DNA from: Phallusia mammillata
Taxonomy: Eukaryota
Assembly: GCA_965637545.1 (NCBI GenBank)
Contig: OZ281495.1
Coordinates: 20,274,001 to 20,338,000, forward strand
Direction of reading: 5' to 3'
Length of the DNA: 64,000 bases
A program made the translations under genes and the position numbers. Below, in pieces: positions 23,301 through 33,889 of this stretch; the stretch's first letter is position 1, and each line of letters begins with the position of its first letter. Below the pieces are notes generated by a model. The model ran no database searches, was not told the DNA's origin, and saw nothing but the letters and a program-made list of their open reading frames with translations.

Positions 23301-26300
23301 ATAGTCGAAAACAATAGGTCAGCTATACCTAAATTAGATGCATTATGCAAAAAGCAATTTCCACATTATACACTACAGCATTTAGGTATAAAATAGTCTG
23401 ACAACTTTAATTTCAGTGTTTGAAAAATTATTCAAGATTTAGTTAGAATTGTGAATTGAGTTTAGGAAAAAAAACTGTAATAAAAAATGTGGACTGCTTT
23501 GATGTTTGAGCAAAACGACCCAAGAGCAATAAAATAATAAAACTGTCACATATTTGGCATTAAAAATATTCCGACATAAAATCGAAATACGTTTTTTGAA
23601 GCTATAAATCAGAAATAGCCAATATCTGATGTGTCATTTGCATAGCAGTTAATAGTTAACATTGAAAGGTTGGCAACTGACTTGACGAAACATTTCATGA
23701 ACAATGTTGACATTTTCCCTTGTAGAATATAATACGCCACGGACAAGAGTTTCTTCTACAGAAGCACTGGAACGAAGTTTATCATCAAGACTTGATAGAC
23801 TGGAAATGCTTGGCTCCTAAATTTAAGAGAAACATTATAAATAGCATGAAGTACAAAATTGCCTCTGGAATGTGAGGGACAAAGCCTATGTTGATATATG
23901 TAACAATCTCAAGCCATGATCTTATTGCTGCTGCTTGTCAAACAAGGTGATCTTATGTTTGTGTTGAAATTTGATGCGGCAAACACAACATTATAGTTCA
24001 AAGAGGTAAATTAGGTTTTTAAGAAGCATTGTACAATTTAGGTATTCAATCTCAACACACCTCAACTCTAAAAACGTAAAAAACAAAGATTTTAGTAAAG
24101 GCTGATGCATACAGCCCACATATCAGTACACATGTATTAGTACAACATACTTTTTCGGTAAGGGTGCTGGTGTTAGAATTTGATGCATCAGTATCATGTT
24201 GTTGAACAGCTGAAATGTTGATGTGCTGTGGCGGGGCTGATGAGGAGTTTGATGCATTCGGTCTGATCTCAGATGGATCTGATGGCTTTTCATTGTTGCT
24301 ACATTGCACATCCAATATGTTAACAACTGCACATCCATAAACTTACTGACAAAATATGTATGAAACAAACCACATCACTTGGTGTCACATATTTCAATCA
24401 AAATGAAATAAATGCTTTATGTGGAAAAACAATTTTAGCTGCACTGTAATCAAAAGAGCTGATTGGTAAAGGAGTTAAATTAAAAAATGCAATATAGGCT
24501 ATTGCTAATTGTTAGTCAACGGTTAGCAAGACTAATCAGTATAGAAAATCATTTCATGCTTGCTAAATGGCTAATTACAACCACTAGCATTAAAAGCCAG
24601 ACAACAGCAAAAGTAAGACAAAAGTGGATCTAAAGAAATTAAAAAATGGCAAGGTGCCAACAGGTGTGAGCAAATTAGTACTGTTGGCAAGATGTTTACA
24701 TTCTACAAAGATGTCACTTGCAAACTATGCTGTTATTAAAACACATGTATCCACACAGACAAGTCATCAACATTGCTACGTTCCAAAAACATGCTTTGTT
24801 GTGGCTTCATAATACCTACACCTTTTATAGAAGCCTAATTATACCTATTGAATGATAAAATTTCTTGCAACAGTATGAGGTTAGTGTGAGGTAAGGCTTC
24901 TGTCGTTATTTTAAGGAAACAACCAATTACATAAACACAAAATTTTGTTTCAAACGATGGCATATGATTTTTGATCATCATCATTACAAAGTGTATTGGT
25001 AAGGTTACAGTCAAAATGCATTATAACATCTTTTATTACACCCATTTCAGCACCTTGCCATTTCAGACTCCCAAATATAATACACCCATTCTACTGGTTT
25101 ACAAAACATTGTGTGATAATATAAACTACCTGACATGAATTTCTTGCAGCTGCTTTAAAACCTGGCGATGCAGGGCCTCCACAGTTGCATCAGGCCTTGA
25201 AACATTTTGCAAGTGACAAAAAGGTTTTACTTTGAAACTATGCTGATAGGTTGCAAAACAGATGCCCTCGAGCTTACAGTTTAGACATGCATATCTGGAT
25301 TCTCTAAAGTGTACAAAGAACTAAGACATGCACAATCAATATCTACTACTATAAATTTGTTTGGCATGCACATAGATTTAACTACCAAAATTATGAGTGA
25401 TTGACAAGTAAAAATTAAACCAAATTTTGCAACGTTTTCAATCTCAGACCTTTTGACAAGAGTTTCGCTTTTGTCAAGTTGAGTGGTGAAACTGACAATC
25501 CACTTTATAATGCTGACGCGTGACGACAGCATTGAACAACCAGAAGCAACTTCAATCCTTGGGTCAATAGATCCAGAGTCAGAAACATTCAGGACATAAT
25601 TTACTGAATCACGAGGCTCAGGTAGTGCTGAAAATTAAGGGATTGGTGTAATAATATTTCAGCAACTTAGGTAGACAATGGCAGACTCCACTGACTTAAG
25701 ACAGGATTGTAAATGCTTGTGCTGTGGTCGAAATCAGGAAATGCATGGGGAAGATAGTTCTCCTTGAATAGGTTCCATAAAAAACTGAAGCACTGTTTTG
25801 CCATTTTATGCTCTTGTTTCCATTGCAAAGCATGTGACTGGAGAAAAATACAAAACAAATATTTTACAGCAAAGGTTAAAGTCAATGAAGCCTTATAAGT
25901 CTGAAATTTAATACCTTTGAAAATTAAGTCAAGCCAATTGCCTAATTCGTCTTTTAATAGGTAACAGATAGTATGTTGAAAAATCATTTTGTCTTTAGGC
26001 CAAGTTTTTTTTATTCTACTTTTTTACAGAGACTGATAAAGACCATGTGGTGATCTATATCAGGGGTGTCAAACTTGCGGCCCGCGGGCCGCATGCGGCC
26101 CACAAAGCCCTCCAATGCGGCCCACGAACACTCAACAACAACTGTATTATTTTGTCAGATATATGTGCGGCTGTAAACTTGTTCATTAAAATATTTGTAC
26201 TGGCGGTCGTGACACAATCAAAACTCTTTTGAAACAGCATTACTATATATGCGTCAGATTTTTTGTACGCCTATTGTGTGCAAACAATGCGGACAAACAG

Positions 26301-29300
26301 GAACCACTGGCATCACAATATAGATTATGACGTAATAAACAATTAAAACTGATGTTAACACTGTGCAGCTTAATTTGTGCATCAAGTTGGAAATTAATCT
26401 TGGCTTTTGATGCGCCAATAGTTGGTATATATGTGATTTCAACCTATTTCTTTACACCTGTAATTTTAAAATAAAAACCAGCAGGTAGTTGGCGACTGTT
26501 GGTAAAATAAGGGTCTGCGATGCGGCCATAGTAGCGAAAAGGTTGTTTAGGTGTACAAAACTAGATCAAAAATCACATGCGGCCCTCAGGATAATTTCAA
26601 AACTGCGATGTGGCCCACAAACCCCACGAGTTTGACACCCCTGATCTATATTATCCCTTATAATTTGTTAAATTGTTGATATTGGGTCAGGATTGCTACT
26701 TAATCGATATTATTCCAAATGTGTGATGATTAAACCTTCAGTAACTATTAAAGCTAGGTTGTAGATAAGGAAGCTGCCTTTTTCTACAGCAGAACAACCA
26801 CAACATAACAGGAAGCCCAGAATACCAGCAATCAATTGTTATACAACCCATGAAATCAGAAGGCACAGCAACAAATATGTGCCCAGAGGTAAGAATGTAA
26901 TTGCAAGTGATGGTAAACTAATTTACAAAGACACCACTGACCTTTAGTACCATAAACTCCAGCAAGGCATCAAGGAAAAACTTTGTAACATCGCTTGGTG
27001 TTTTTTCACCGGATGATGGTGGTACAAGGCTTGCAATTTCAACTTGATGCACACCATCTGGAAAGTTTATATATTTTTGAAACTTAAATTGCGGCCTAAG
27101 TTCATAAATTGTGCAGAGTTACATGCAGACCATTTGGGTAGATATACATATACTTATTGCTATACGATACTCTGCCTGTTTAATATTTAATAACAAATTT
27201 CAAAACACACTCACATTCCTCATTGATGGGCACATTAACTAGCCATTCCAGACTATAAGGTTTTCCATCGCTAAAAGTTGGTGGCGGAAATCCGGGCACA
27301 AGACATGCATATAGAAGCAAAGTTTGGGGCAAAGCATTTTCCTGTAATGTGCGAAGCCAAAGAAGGAAAAAGTGCATTCCCTCCTTCCTTACCTACAACA
27401 CAATCAAAGAATCAGCAAAGTGGATATAAAACATGTTTAGGGTTTTAAGTTGATGACAAGTATTGTTGTCAGTTATGTTACATGCTACTTTTTTTGTTTT
27501 GAATCAAATGGTTTACAGAAAGAAAGGAGCATACAAATACAGATAACAACACATTAAAAATGCATGAAGAGGACAAATTTGGGGCAAAAAAATGAAATTA
27601 GTGCCGCATATCTACCCTGCCACTAAAAAAAATAAATTCATTTACCTTGTAACAAATTATATAAATATTATGTACTTATTATATTCTAAAATGGGTACCA
27701 TATTTTCCTATGTATAAAAAATAACAGAAAAAAATAAGTTTGTGTTGTCTAACATAGCTACCTTCAACGAATTTTGAGTGTGAAGCAATCTTTTGATGAC
27801 CATATCTGCAAAATAATTATTGTAAACTTTTTTTGCAGTGAGACTTAAACTTAATGATATTCTTCCTGAAACATTGAGCTAAAGGACTCAGACAAAGGAC
27901 AGGAAATTAGTATTTTAATGAAAACAAATGGTAAACATAAAGTAATTTACAAACAAATACCTAAGGCAAAGTTAGTGTAAGAACCGCTGTTTTGTGTATA
28001 ATTTGTGTATCAATAAGGTTTGCATATATTTTGTGAAGTATCAAACCAGAAGCAGTTTGGCTAACAAATTTACATACCGATGCTGTGGTACTGCCATCTT
28101 TGGTGGATCAACTCAGGAAGGTTGATAAGAATTTGCTGCAAAACACATTGAAAATGTTTAACATACTTTTTAATTGAGTTTTTAATTAACACACTTTTTT
28201 TCAAATTTTATCACCATAAACAAAAAATGTTCAAAGGCAGTAATGAAACAAACCTCAAAAATTTCAAGGATTGCATCCAGCTCTTCACGTTGTGCTCTGT
28301 GTGCTATAATAAGACTGCCAATTATTGGTTATAATAAATAGAGAATACTTTTTAAACTGGGTGTCTTGGGATGAAAGTAAGAATTTATCTTACAGTCAAC
28401 AATGAAATGGATGGGCACATGTTAATCCCTGAAACATGTTCATTAACTAAATTAAATTCTGAGCAAAAGCAACTCAAGTTACATCCCAAACTAATTACTT
28501 TAATTGACAATACAAGCTACATATCATTGTTCAATGGTTGCCAGCTTTTGGTTCATTGTTTACAAACCTCCTTTTAAACGTAGATTTGATTCCGTGAGAA
28601 GAAAATTTTCCAAAAATATGTAGTAGATATGTGAGTAATGAAGCTCGAATAAAGGTTGAATTTCTGCCTCTGAGCTGTTTGCTGCAATATTTATGATTTG
28701 ATTAAACTTAATTATTACTGTCGAAAGGTAGCATTATTATGTGCCATTTATAAGTACATACTACATTATATTTAATTTAATTTTTATGCATTTTTGGGCT
28801 GTTTCGGTAGTAAAGAATAACAAACAATTCTCAAAAATTTCTTGAGAAATGGCGAAAAAATTGAGTCTCGATTCTAGAGAAATAAATAACAATTTCTCGA
28901 GAAAGTTATGTCACATACCATAAAAAAAGTAAATGCTGATACCTCCTATTACGTGTATTTTTCGTTTTAACTTGCCCCTAGAGGGCACTGGACACATAAC
29001 TTTTTTCTTTCGCTCCCGAAACAACGATTTTTAACATGTGTTGCCACTAAACTTTCACCTTTTCCAGGCAGTAGTCACACCTGGATGCAGTAGATCTACA
29101 ACAGTCGTGTCGTTTTTTGCTGGTTTGCTAGCGAATCACTACGTGCGATCGCTACTGGTAGCGAAAAAGCGGACAAACGGATGTTTTTTTTTTTTTAAAT
29201 CAGCTTAAATAAAAAAGTTAAGACTCTCGAGATTCTTGAGAAATGAAATTTTGATTTTAATTTTTTAATTTCTTGTTTCTCAAGAAACGAAAAGGTCGAG

Positions 29301-29753
29301 AAATAGAGGAACCCTATCAACAGACAGCCAGAACATCAGGCATTGTCATGTGTACAGCAGAGTGCATTCCGAGTATGAAACCTATAAAGTACTCCAATTG
29401 AAAATGCTTCAAAAAACTAATGCACCAACCAACAAAGTAATAGCTATCTCTAAACAAGTTTTGGGGATGGATTAAAGAGACAATATTTCCCAAAGTGGGG
29501 TAAATACCTGTTACATAAAAAAATGAAAAACAAAAAACGATGTGCACCATTCAAGTAAGAAACCCAAAACTGAACCTTTCAAAGCTACATTGTAAATATA
29601 AACTAATACACACTTACAAATAACATTTTTAAGATGTTTCAGTCTTGCTACGGCATCTTTTTTGGGATCCAAAAGTTTTTGGATAGATTTTTTCACAGCA
29701 CCTTCACCTTGAGGTTGTCTGTGAATTTTAAACATCCTCAAAGCATCAGACAT
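2384..29753 (-). CDS. RALGAPA: Ral GTPase-activating protein catalytic alpha subunit (RALGAPA1/RALGAPA2 ortholog), about 50 coding exons, about 2479 aa
   Basis: Hand-spliced exons (high to low): 29618-29753, 28568-28681, 28254-28303, 28078-28135, 27762-27805, 27215-27392, 26942-27057, 25696-25837, 25421-25627, 24151-24326, 23682-23816, 23159-23230, 22725-22784, 22535-22657, 21999-22103, 21541-21738, 21312-21434, 21122-21240, 20652-20881, 20384-20545, 20110-20220, 19594-19748, 19139-19232, 18934-19044, 18302-18769, 17489-17579, 16860-17170, 16719-16790, 14615-14799, 12767-12868, 11571-11732, 11354-11479, 11097-11222, 10615-10785, 10156-10266, 9996-10064, 9773-9889, 9335-9518, 8915-9096, 8570-8623, 8342-8492, 7779-7957, 7317-7498, 6578-6757, 6328-6451, 5485-5640, 5159-5317, 3588-3715, 2858-3138, 2384-2733. 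All introns are GT-AG, phases are consistent and the total is 7440 nt. Peptides match recalled vertebrate RALGAPA: [103 protein letters not shown] (Asn thumb), [14 protein letters not shown]. The start may be the second ATG at 29735. Boundaries in the Ser-rich middle (exons 19-28) are less certain. Confidence 0.96.
4631..5025. mobile_element. Non-autonomous hAT (Ac-like TIR) MITE
   Basis: TIRs TAGGGATGGGCC ... GGCCCATCCCTA, a perfect 8-bp TSD GTAGCTAT (4623-4630 and 5026-5033), and internal (C)TCGG/CCGAG subterminal motifs. Confidence 0.92.
7170..7249. mobile_element. Solo end of a Charlie-type element
   Basis: Ends in TTTGAGAACCACTG, the same TIR as at 31689 and 35589. The partner end was not found. 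Confidence 0.55.
8703..8785. repeat. Intronic minisatellite, 3 copies of a 27-28-bp unit
   Basis: CAAAATGTTGCAAATCGAAAC(C)CGTGCA at 8703, 8731 and 8758, head-to-tail with no spacers. Confidence 0.95.
12404..12489 (-). other. Candidate alternative RALGAPA exon (poison cassette or short alternative start [13 protein letters not shown])
   Basis: Acceptor ttctttgcag lies just above 12489 and a consensus donor TGG|GTAAGT at 12404/12403. The 86-nt length shifts the frame if included. An internal ATG at 12442 gives 13 codons in phase with the next exon. Confidence 0.4.
13100..13554 (-). CDS. Candidate alternative RALGAPA coding exon (Ser/Asp/Glu-rich, 151 codons)
   Basis: A 175-codon open frame (13052-13579) lies inside the intron between exons 14615-14799 and 12767-12868. 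It has a strong acceptor (ttttgtgtgtttgtag|GT ATG) and a candidate donor AAT|GTACAA at 13100/13099. Phases are 1 to 0. Confidence 0.6.
15936..16254. repeat. Tandem core repeat (about 145-158 bp, about 2.1 copies) inside the Helentron-like element
   Basis: The anchor CTTTCTTGACCAAA(A)C recurs at 15936, 16081 and 16239, and the block catggaccatctttagaccaatatct...gtgtgtaaatttgaaaaagtttgaaccatt is duplicated. Confidence 0.9.
16274..16343. repeat. (A6-7G)n microsatellite
   Basis: Directly visible run agaaagaaaaaaagaaaaaagaaaaaaag... Confidence 0.95.
26061..26643. mobile_element. Non-autonomous hAT-Charlie-type MITE
   Basis: TIRs CAGGGGTGTCAAACT ... AGTTTGACACCCCTG, a perfect 8-bp TSD ATCTATAT with central TA, and subterminal GCGGCCC motifs. 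Confidence 0.93.
28790..29315. mobile_element. One-ended hAT-like MITE remnant rich in TCTCGAGA/TTCTCAAGAA motifs
   Basis: The right end GAAATAGAGGAACCCTA (reverse complement TAGGGTTCC...) and repeated ttctcgag/cttgagaaat motifs are visible. The left TIR and a TSD were not found. Confidence 0.45.
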
Positions 29754-30173
29754 ACTTTACCAGTAGTGTCATTGTACACAGATTTTACAGTGGCATTGTA
29801 CACAATTTTTAAACAATCATACATCTACAGTTGCCTGAAAAATTGGGAAATGTTTTGTTGTTTGATGCTTTAAAAACATTTAACATATTTATCTGAAACC
29901 CCCCTAAGAATACCTTTATCCGATAAAGCATATCAAAAGTATTAAGGTCGGTATCAGAGTACATCGCACAATTATTTTTACAGCTACTACATTCCCATGC
30001 CCAATGAAACTTCGTAAATTACTCAAAAAAAACGTAACTTACTCAACAACAAATTCAACAATCCACAACACTCCCAAACAGCAATCGTAGATTTACAGAA
30101 ATCTAATTGGAAATGTAACCAAAACTTTCGTGTAAATACGTACCGCTGATGCGAACATTTTTTTACAATGTAA

Positions 30174-30477
30174 CAGAGGTGTACACGAGCCGAGGTTCCG
30201 GAGTGTCCGGAGCCGGATTTTGCCAAAATTTGCCGGAGTCTAAAAGGAGTCGGAGTTTACGTTTTATTATGCCTGCCGGAGCAGGAGCCGGATCCGGAGT
30301 TAATTTTGCGTTTATTGTTGCGTCGTTGAAACAACAATTGTCTGTTATACCGGAGTATTATCAGGAGTCGGAGTCTGATTTTGCGCTATTTATCAGGAGC
30401 CGGAGTGGAGTCGGAGTCAATTTTTTCGGACCCGGAGTGGAGTCGGAGTCTAAAAAAACAGACTCTGTACACCTCTG
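30174..30477. mobile_element. Non-autonomous hAT-type MITE with GGAGTC/GGAGCC internal repeats
   Basis: TIRs CAGAGGTGTAC ... GTACACCTCTG and a perfect 8-bp TSD CAATGTAA (30166-30173 and 30478-30485). Confidence 0.92.
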
Positions 30478-30626
30478 CAATGTAATGCACAAATTCTAAA
30501 CTTACTTGCAAAATACCCTCATAACAAACACAGATAGCCTATGACATGGGTTGTAAACGTGTTGTTAACTATGAATGTTTTCATTTTTTTACAGTCTATT
30601 TTAGAGATGCACCGAATCGGCTTAAT

Positions 30627-32421
30627 CTGCAACAGGGCTCGCAGTGAATATTTGCACAATGTGCAAACGTAAATGCGCGCACTGTTTTCGCAAAAGTGCG
30701 TACATTTTTCGAAAATGTGCAAGTGCCAAAATGTGCGCACAATTTTTTGTGTGCAGATACCGAAATGTGCAGATCAAAATGTGCGCACTTTTTTCAAAAA
30801 ACTCCTATTTATCCAAATTGTTTAGCCTTCTTTAAGTTATGTTTTGCGCAAAGTGCACAAATATGTGTTAAAACGGCATATCTCGAAAATGCTAATGGTC
30901 AGGGGGTTGGGGTTGGGGTGAGGTAATATCTTAAAAATTCAAAAAAACTACATTCAATAAAACTGCGAACATTTTGATCTGCATAACTTGACATTTATGC
31001 GAACATTGTGCTAACAACGCTCGTTCCCCGTCTTTTAATTTCGGTTCGGCCGAACCGAATAGTTTTACCGAATAAATTCAACCGAAACAACCCAATCATT
31101 TCAGACGTCGTAAAGTTTCGCGTTTGACATGAAAACATAAGCTTTTTTGACATGAAAACATAAGACGGCGCTAGGCATGTAAACTATATGCGACCCGCGC
31201 GAATTATTATTAAACTTATCCGGCCCGCAGTGAAAAAAAGTTTGGTAACCGCTGGTTTAAAAAAACTATAGTTCTGTGAACTTTAAGCTTTGCCAGCCTG
31301 CCAATAAAAAAATGACTTTTTGTCTGGAGTGGGAAAAAACGATTGTTTTAAAATCATGGCGTATAGTTTTGTAATAGATTGCGTGGTGCATTATTAAGCA
31401 AAAAAGGCACGTAGGCCTGTACGTATTAAATTTTTGTTTGCACAAAAATGATCAGTTTCACAAAAGGCATTTGTTTTAAAAAAAACAGTATGCATGCAAT
31501 GCATATAGGCTACCGTTTTTTTTGCAAATGGGTAGCCTATTTTTTAAATTTTTTTAAAAGTAAGTTTAATTCGTGCTGTTTTTCTACACTTCGCCAAATT
31601 GGGTGAAATGTAAAATTTTTATCGTGTTGGGGACGCACTGATTAATGGTTGAACACTGAAAAACAACTTGCCTTCTATTGTTATTAGTCAGTGGTTCTCA
31701 AACTTTCATTATTTTTTCAAAACGGTCCCTTGGCCATTATTTTAAAGGCTCGCGATCCTTAAGCCTAAATGTGTATTTCAGGAAAACGAAAGTTGATTGC
31801 AGGATTTTAGCTGTTTATGCAAAATTACGCATAACAAAGATCCAAAGACAGCATGTGACATCACAGACAAGACAAAAAACATTACTATTATGCGCGAACA
31901 ATCAGGTTTTTGTTAATGGTAATGCAATAGAATAGACTATAAAGAGGCTATTGTTTAGCAATGGATACAGTCGATTTTCAAATCTACTTTGATTTAAACT
32001 TATTTAGTGGCACAAACTGACGCCAAATAAGATAGAATTACTTCAACCTTTTCGCGGTCCCTCCAAAATTGGCTCACGGACCCCAAAAGGACCGCGGACC
32101 CCAGTTTGAGAACCGCTGTTATAAGTATAAGTATTGGGTTATTATTCTAGTGCAGTGATTTCCAAACAGTTGTCCGCAATCTTCTTTTAGTGGCGGGCGT
32201 AGAGAAGAATAAACTAAGCAAGGGATACAAATCGAAACGTATCAAAAGAAGCATATGCATTTGTGAAACAGTATCAACAGGTTATGCGGTAATAGTACAC
32301 GATGAAAGATTGTTCCTCTTTGGAAAATGTGCGCATGTCTTGATCTGCACATTTTCGCGTCTGGAAATTTTAAAAAAATGTGCGTACTTTGTGCAAATAT
32401 TCACTATGAGGGCTGTTGCAG
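30627..32421. mobile_element. About 1.8-kb element with long imperfect inverted arms and nested MITE insertions
   Basis: The left arm CTGCAACAGGGCTCGCAGTGAATATTTGCACAA... matches the reverse complement of the right arm ...TTTGTGCAAATATTCACTATGAGGGCTGTTGCAG, and both share AATGTGCAGATCAA and GTGCGCAC motifs. No TSD was found. It could instead be two truncated copies in opposite orientation. Confidence 0.6.
31689..32118. mobile_element. hAT-Charlie-type MITE
   Basis: TIRs CAGTGGTTCTCAAACT ... AGTTTGAGAACCGCTG and an 8-bp TSD with one mismatch (TTATTAGT / TTATAAGT). Confidence 0.88.
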
Positions 32422-32429
32422 GACTGTAT

Positions 32430-32976
32430 TAAACAACAGGCAATTCAAGTAACCGCGCTTACAGGCATAGATAAAATAAGTGCACCACAGAAACTTTTAC
32501 AGCGATATTCTTAGTTGTATCGTTGTTTTTTGTGAATGGTAATATCGCAAAACAAACCGAACAGCCACGCACTCATCTTGCAGAGGCGAGTCACCGCTGT
32601 ATTGGGCATGCAGCATACGTAAATTTTGCGTTGAAGTTTTTTCACCAAACGAAATTAAATCAAAACTGACATCATCATCGCAACGTTCACTTGTATACGG
32701 TTTTTATACGTTTTTTGCAAATGTATATTTTTGGATAGTAATTTTTTATTATAATACGAAAGAAGGTAATGTAATGGTATTTGGTAACAAACACTTTTTC
32801 AGTTGCTAAAACTATTCTGCTGACTAATTTGTTCATATTGATGAGTCAGCAAGTTTGTTGCTTTCCACATGTATGTTGTTTTGTTTCGGTGGAACCACAA
32901 GCCACCAGCGACAGCAAAAATTACTTGGCTCTCTTGGCCGTTGGCCCTTAAATCTTTGCTATCATTACATTAAGAA
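32430..32976. promoter_or_regulatory. Probable bidirectional promoter region between RALGAPA (minus) and bHLH/THADA (plus)
   Basis: Divergent gene arrangement, locally CpG-containing sequence by eye, AP-1-like TGAGTCA at 32842-32848. A minus-strand donor CCT|GTAAGC at 32463/32462 could end a non-coding RALGAPA exon that splices to the acceptor tttttcag at 29835/29834. The TSS positions are not determined. Confidence 0.5.
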
Positions 32977-33806
32977 ATGGCTGAAAAATTGTCTCCCGGT
33001 CGGACCAAATCGAGAAAAGCATTGTATGCAAGGCACAGGTAGGCAAAGCTTATACGTCGTCTTTAACGTAGTTTGTTCCGAGTTTCCGACCTATAGACAG
33101 TAATGAAGAAATTGACGTATTGTGTATCGAATTTAATTGTCATATTTTTATTTGGCTCAGGAGCAATGTTGTTGCAAGTTACAATCGTTTGAGGGCAGTA
33201 TTACCAGAACAAAATCTTGACCTTGCAGATGGAAGTTATATGCAGGTTGATCACAATATACAAGAGGTCCTTTCTGCAAGCGGAAGTAAATATAACAGAG
33301 TAACTTTAGTCAATCGTGCTAAGTTATACATTATGCACTTGGAAGATGTTGCAAACAGCTTAATACAAGAGGCTAGTAGCAACAAAGCAGAGAAACAAGG
33401 ACAAGAGAGTGGTCAAACCGGTCCCAAAAATACTTTCAAAAACATGACAGATGTGCATCAGAATTTTCTTCGAAACTTTCAGCTGGGTAAACAGATTCAA
33501 AAGTTTGATTTTGATTGTTTGGAATCTCACCAGTTTTCACCAATGTCTCGTGTAAGAAGTGAATTTCATTCTACTAAAAAACAGGCACCACGGAATTCCA
33601 CAAAGAGCTTGCATGGAAATAGCTCACTTTCTGTCTTAGGTTCAGCAGTCCATCCAGCTATATTGATTCCAATAAATGTCACATCAGGAAATGCATTTCC
33701 ATTTATTGTTGAGGCTTATCCAACATCTCCTACAAGTCACAGTGTTGATTTAGGCTTTGTTTCAGCTGGAAATGCAAGCCAAGATACAGTTTCCAGTGAC
33801 AAGTGA
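32977..33806 (+). CDS. Two-exon atypical bHLH protein, STRA8-like, 235 aa
   Basis: Exon 1 is 32977-33038: ATG preceded by an in-frame TAA, encoding MAEKLSPGRTKSRKALYARH plus AG, donor GTAGGC. The intron is 33039-33160 and ends tttttatttggctcag. Exon 2 is 33161-33806, stop TGA. The spliced protein reads RKALYARHRSNVVASYNRLRAVLP (basic/helix 1) and SKYNRVTLVNRAKLYIMHLEDVANSLI (helix 2). AATAAA lies at 33863-33868. The gene model is well supported; the STRA8 assignment comes from a manual alignment only. Confidence 0.8.
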
Positions 33807-33862
33807 TTTCTAAGAATTGTTTTCTGTAAATGTGTTGCAGTTATTGATATTGTGAGTTGTTG

Positions 33863-33881
33863 AATAAAAGTTGTGTTGTAG
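33863..33881 (+). promoter_or_regulatory. Polyadenylation signal of the bHLH gene abutting the splice (probably SL trans-splice) acceptor of THADA
   Basis: AATAAA at 33863-33868, then agttgtgttgtAG (AG at 33880-33881), then aatttggc ATG (33890). Confidence 0.65.
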
Positions 33882-33889
33882 AATTTGGC

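Noticed and set aside
25129-25198. Possible extra RALGAPA exon with AG/GT ends
   Set aside because: Flanking exons 25421-25627 and 24151-24326 already join in phase, and the candidate's phases do not fit between them.
30149-30499. 116-aa ORF rich in G/S/E/A
   Set aside because: It is the read-through of the GGAGTC-repeat MITE bounded by TIRs and a TSD.
32400-32976. Retinoic-acid response element upstream of the STRA8-like gene
   Set aside because: I found no DR2/DR4/DR5 pair of RGKTCA half-sites by eye in the proximal region, so retinoic-acid control is unsupported.
33852-33881. GTGAGT...AG micro-intron before the THADA ATG
   Set aside because: At only 30 nt it is shorter than any intron used in this window.
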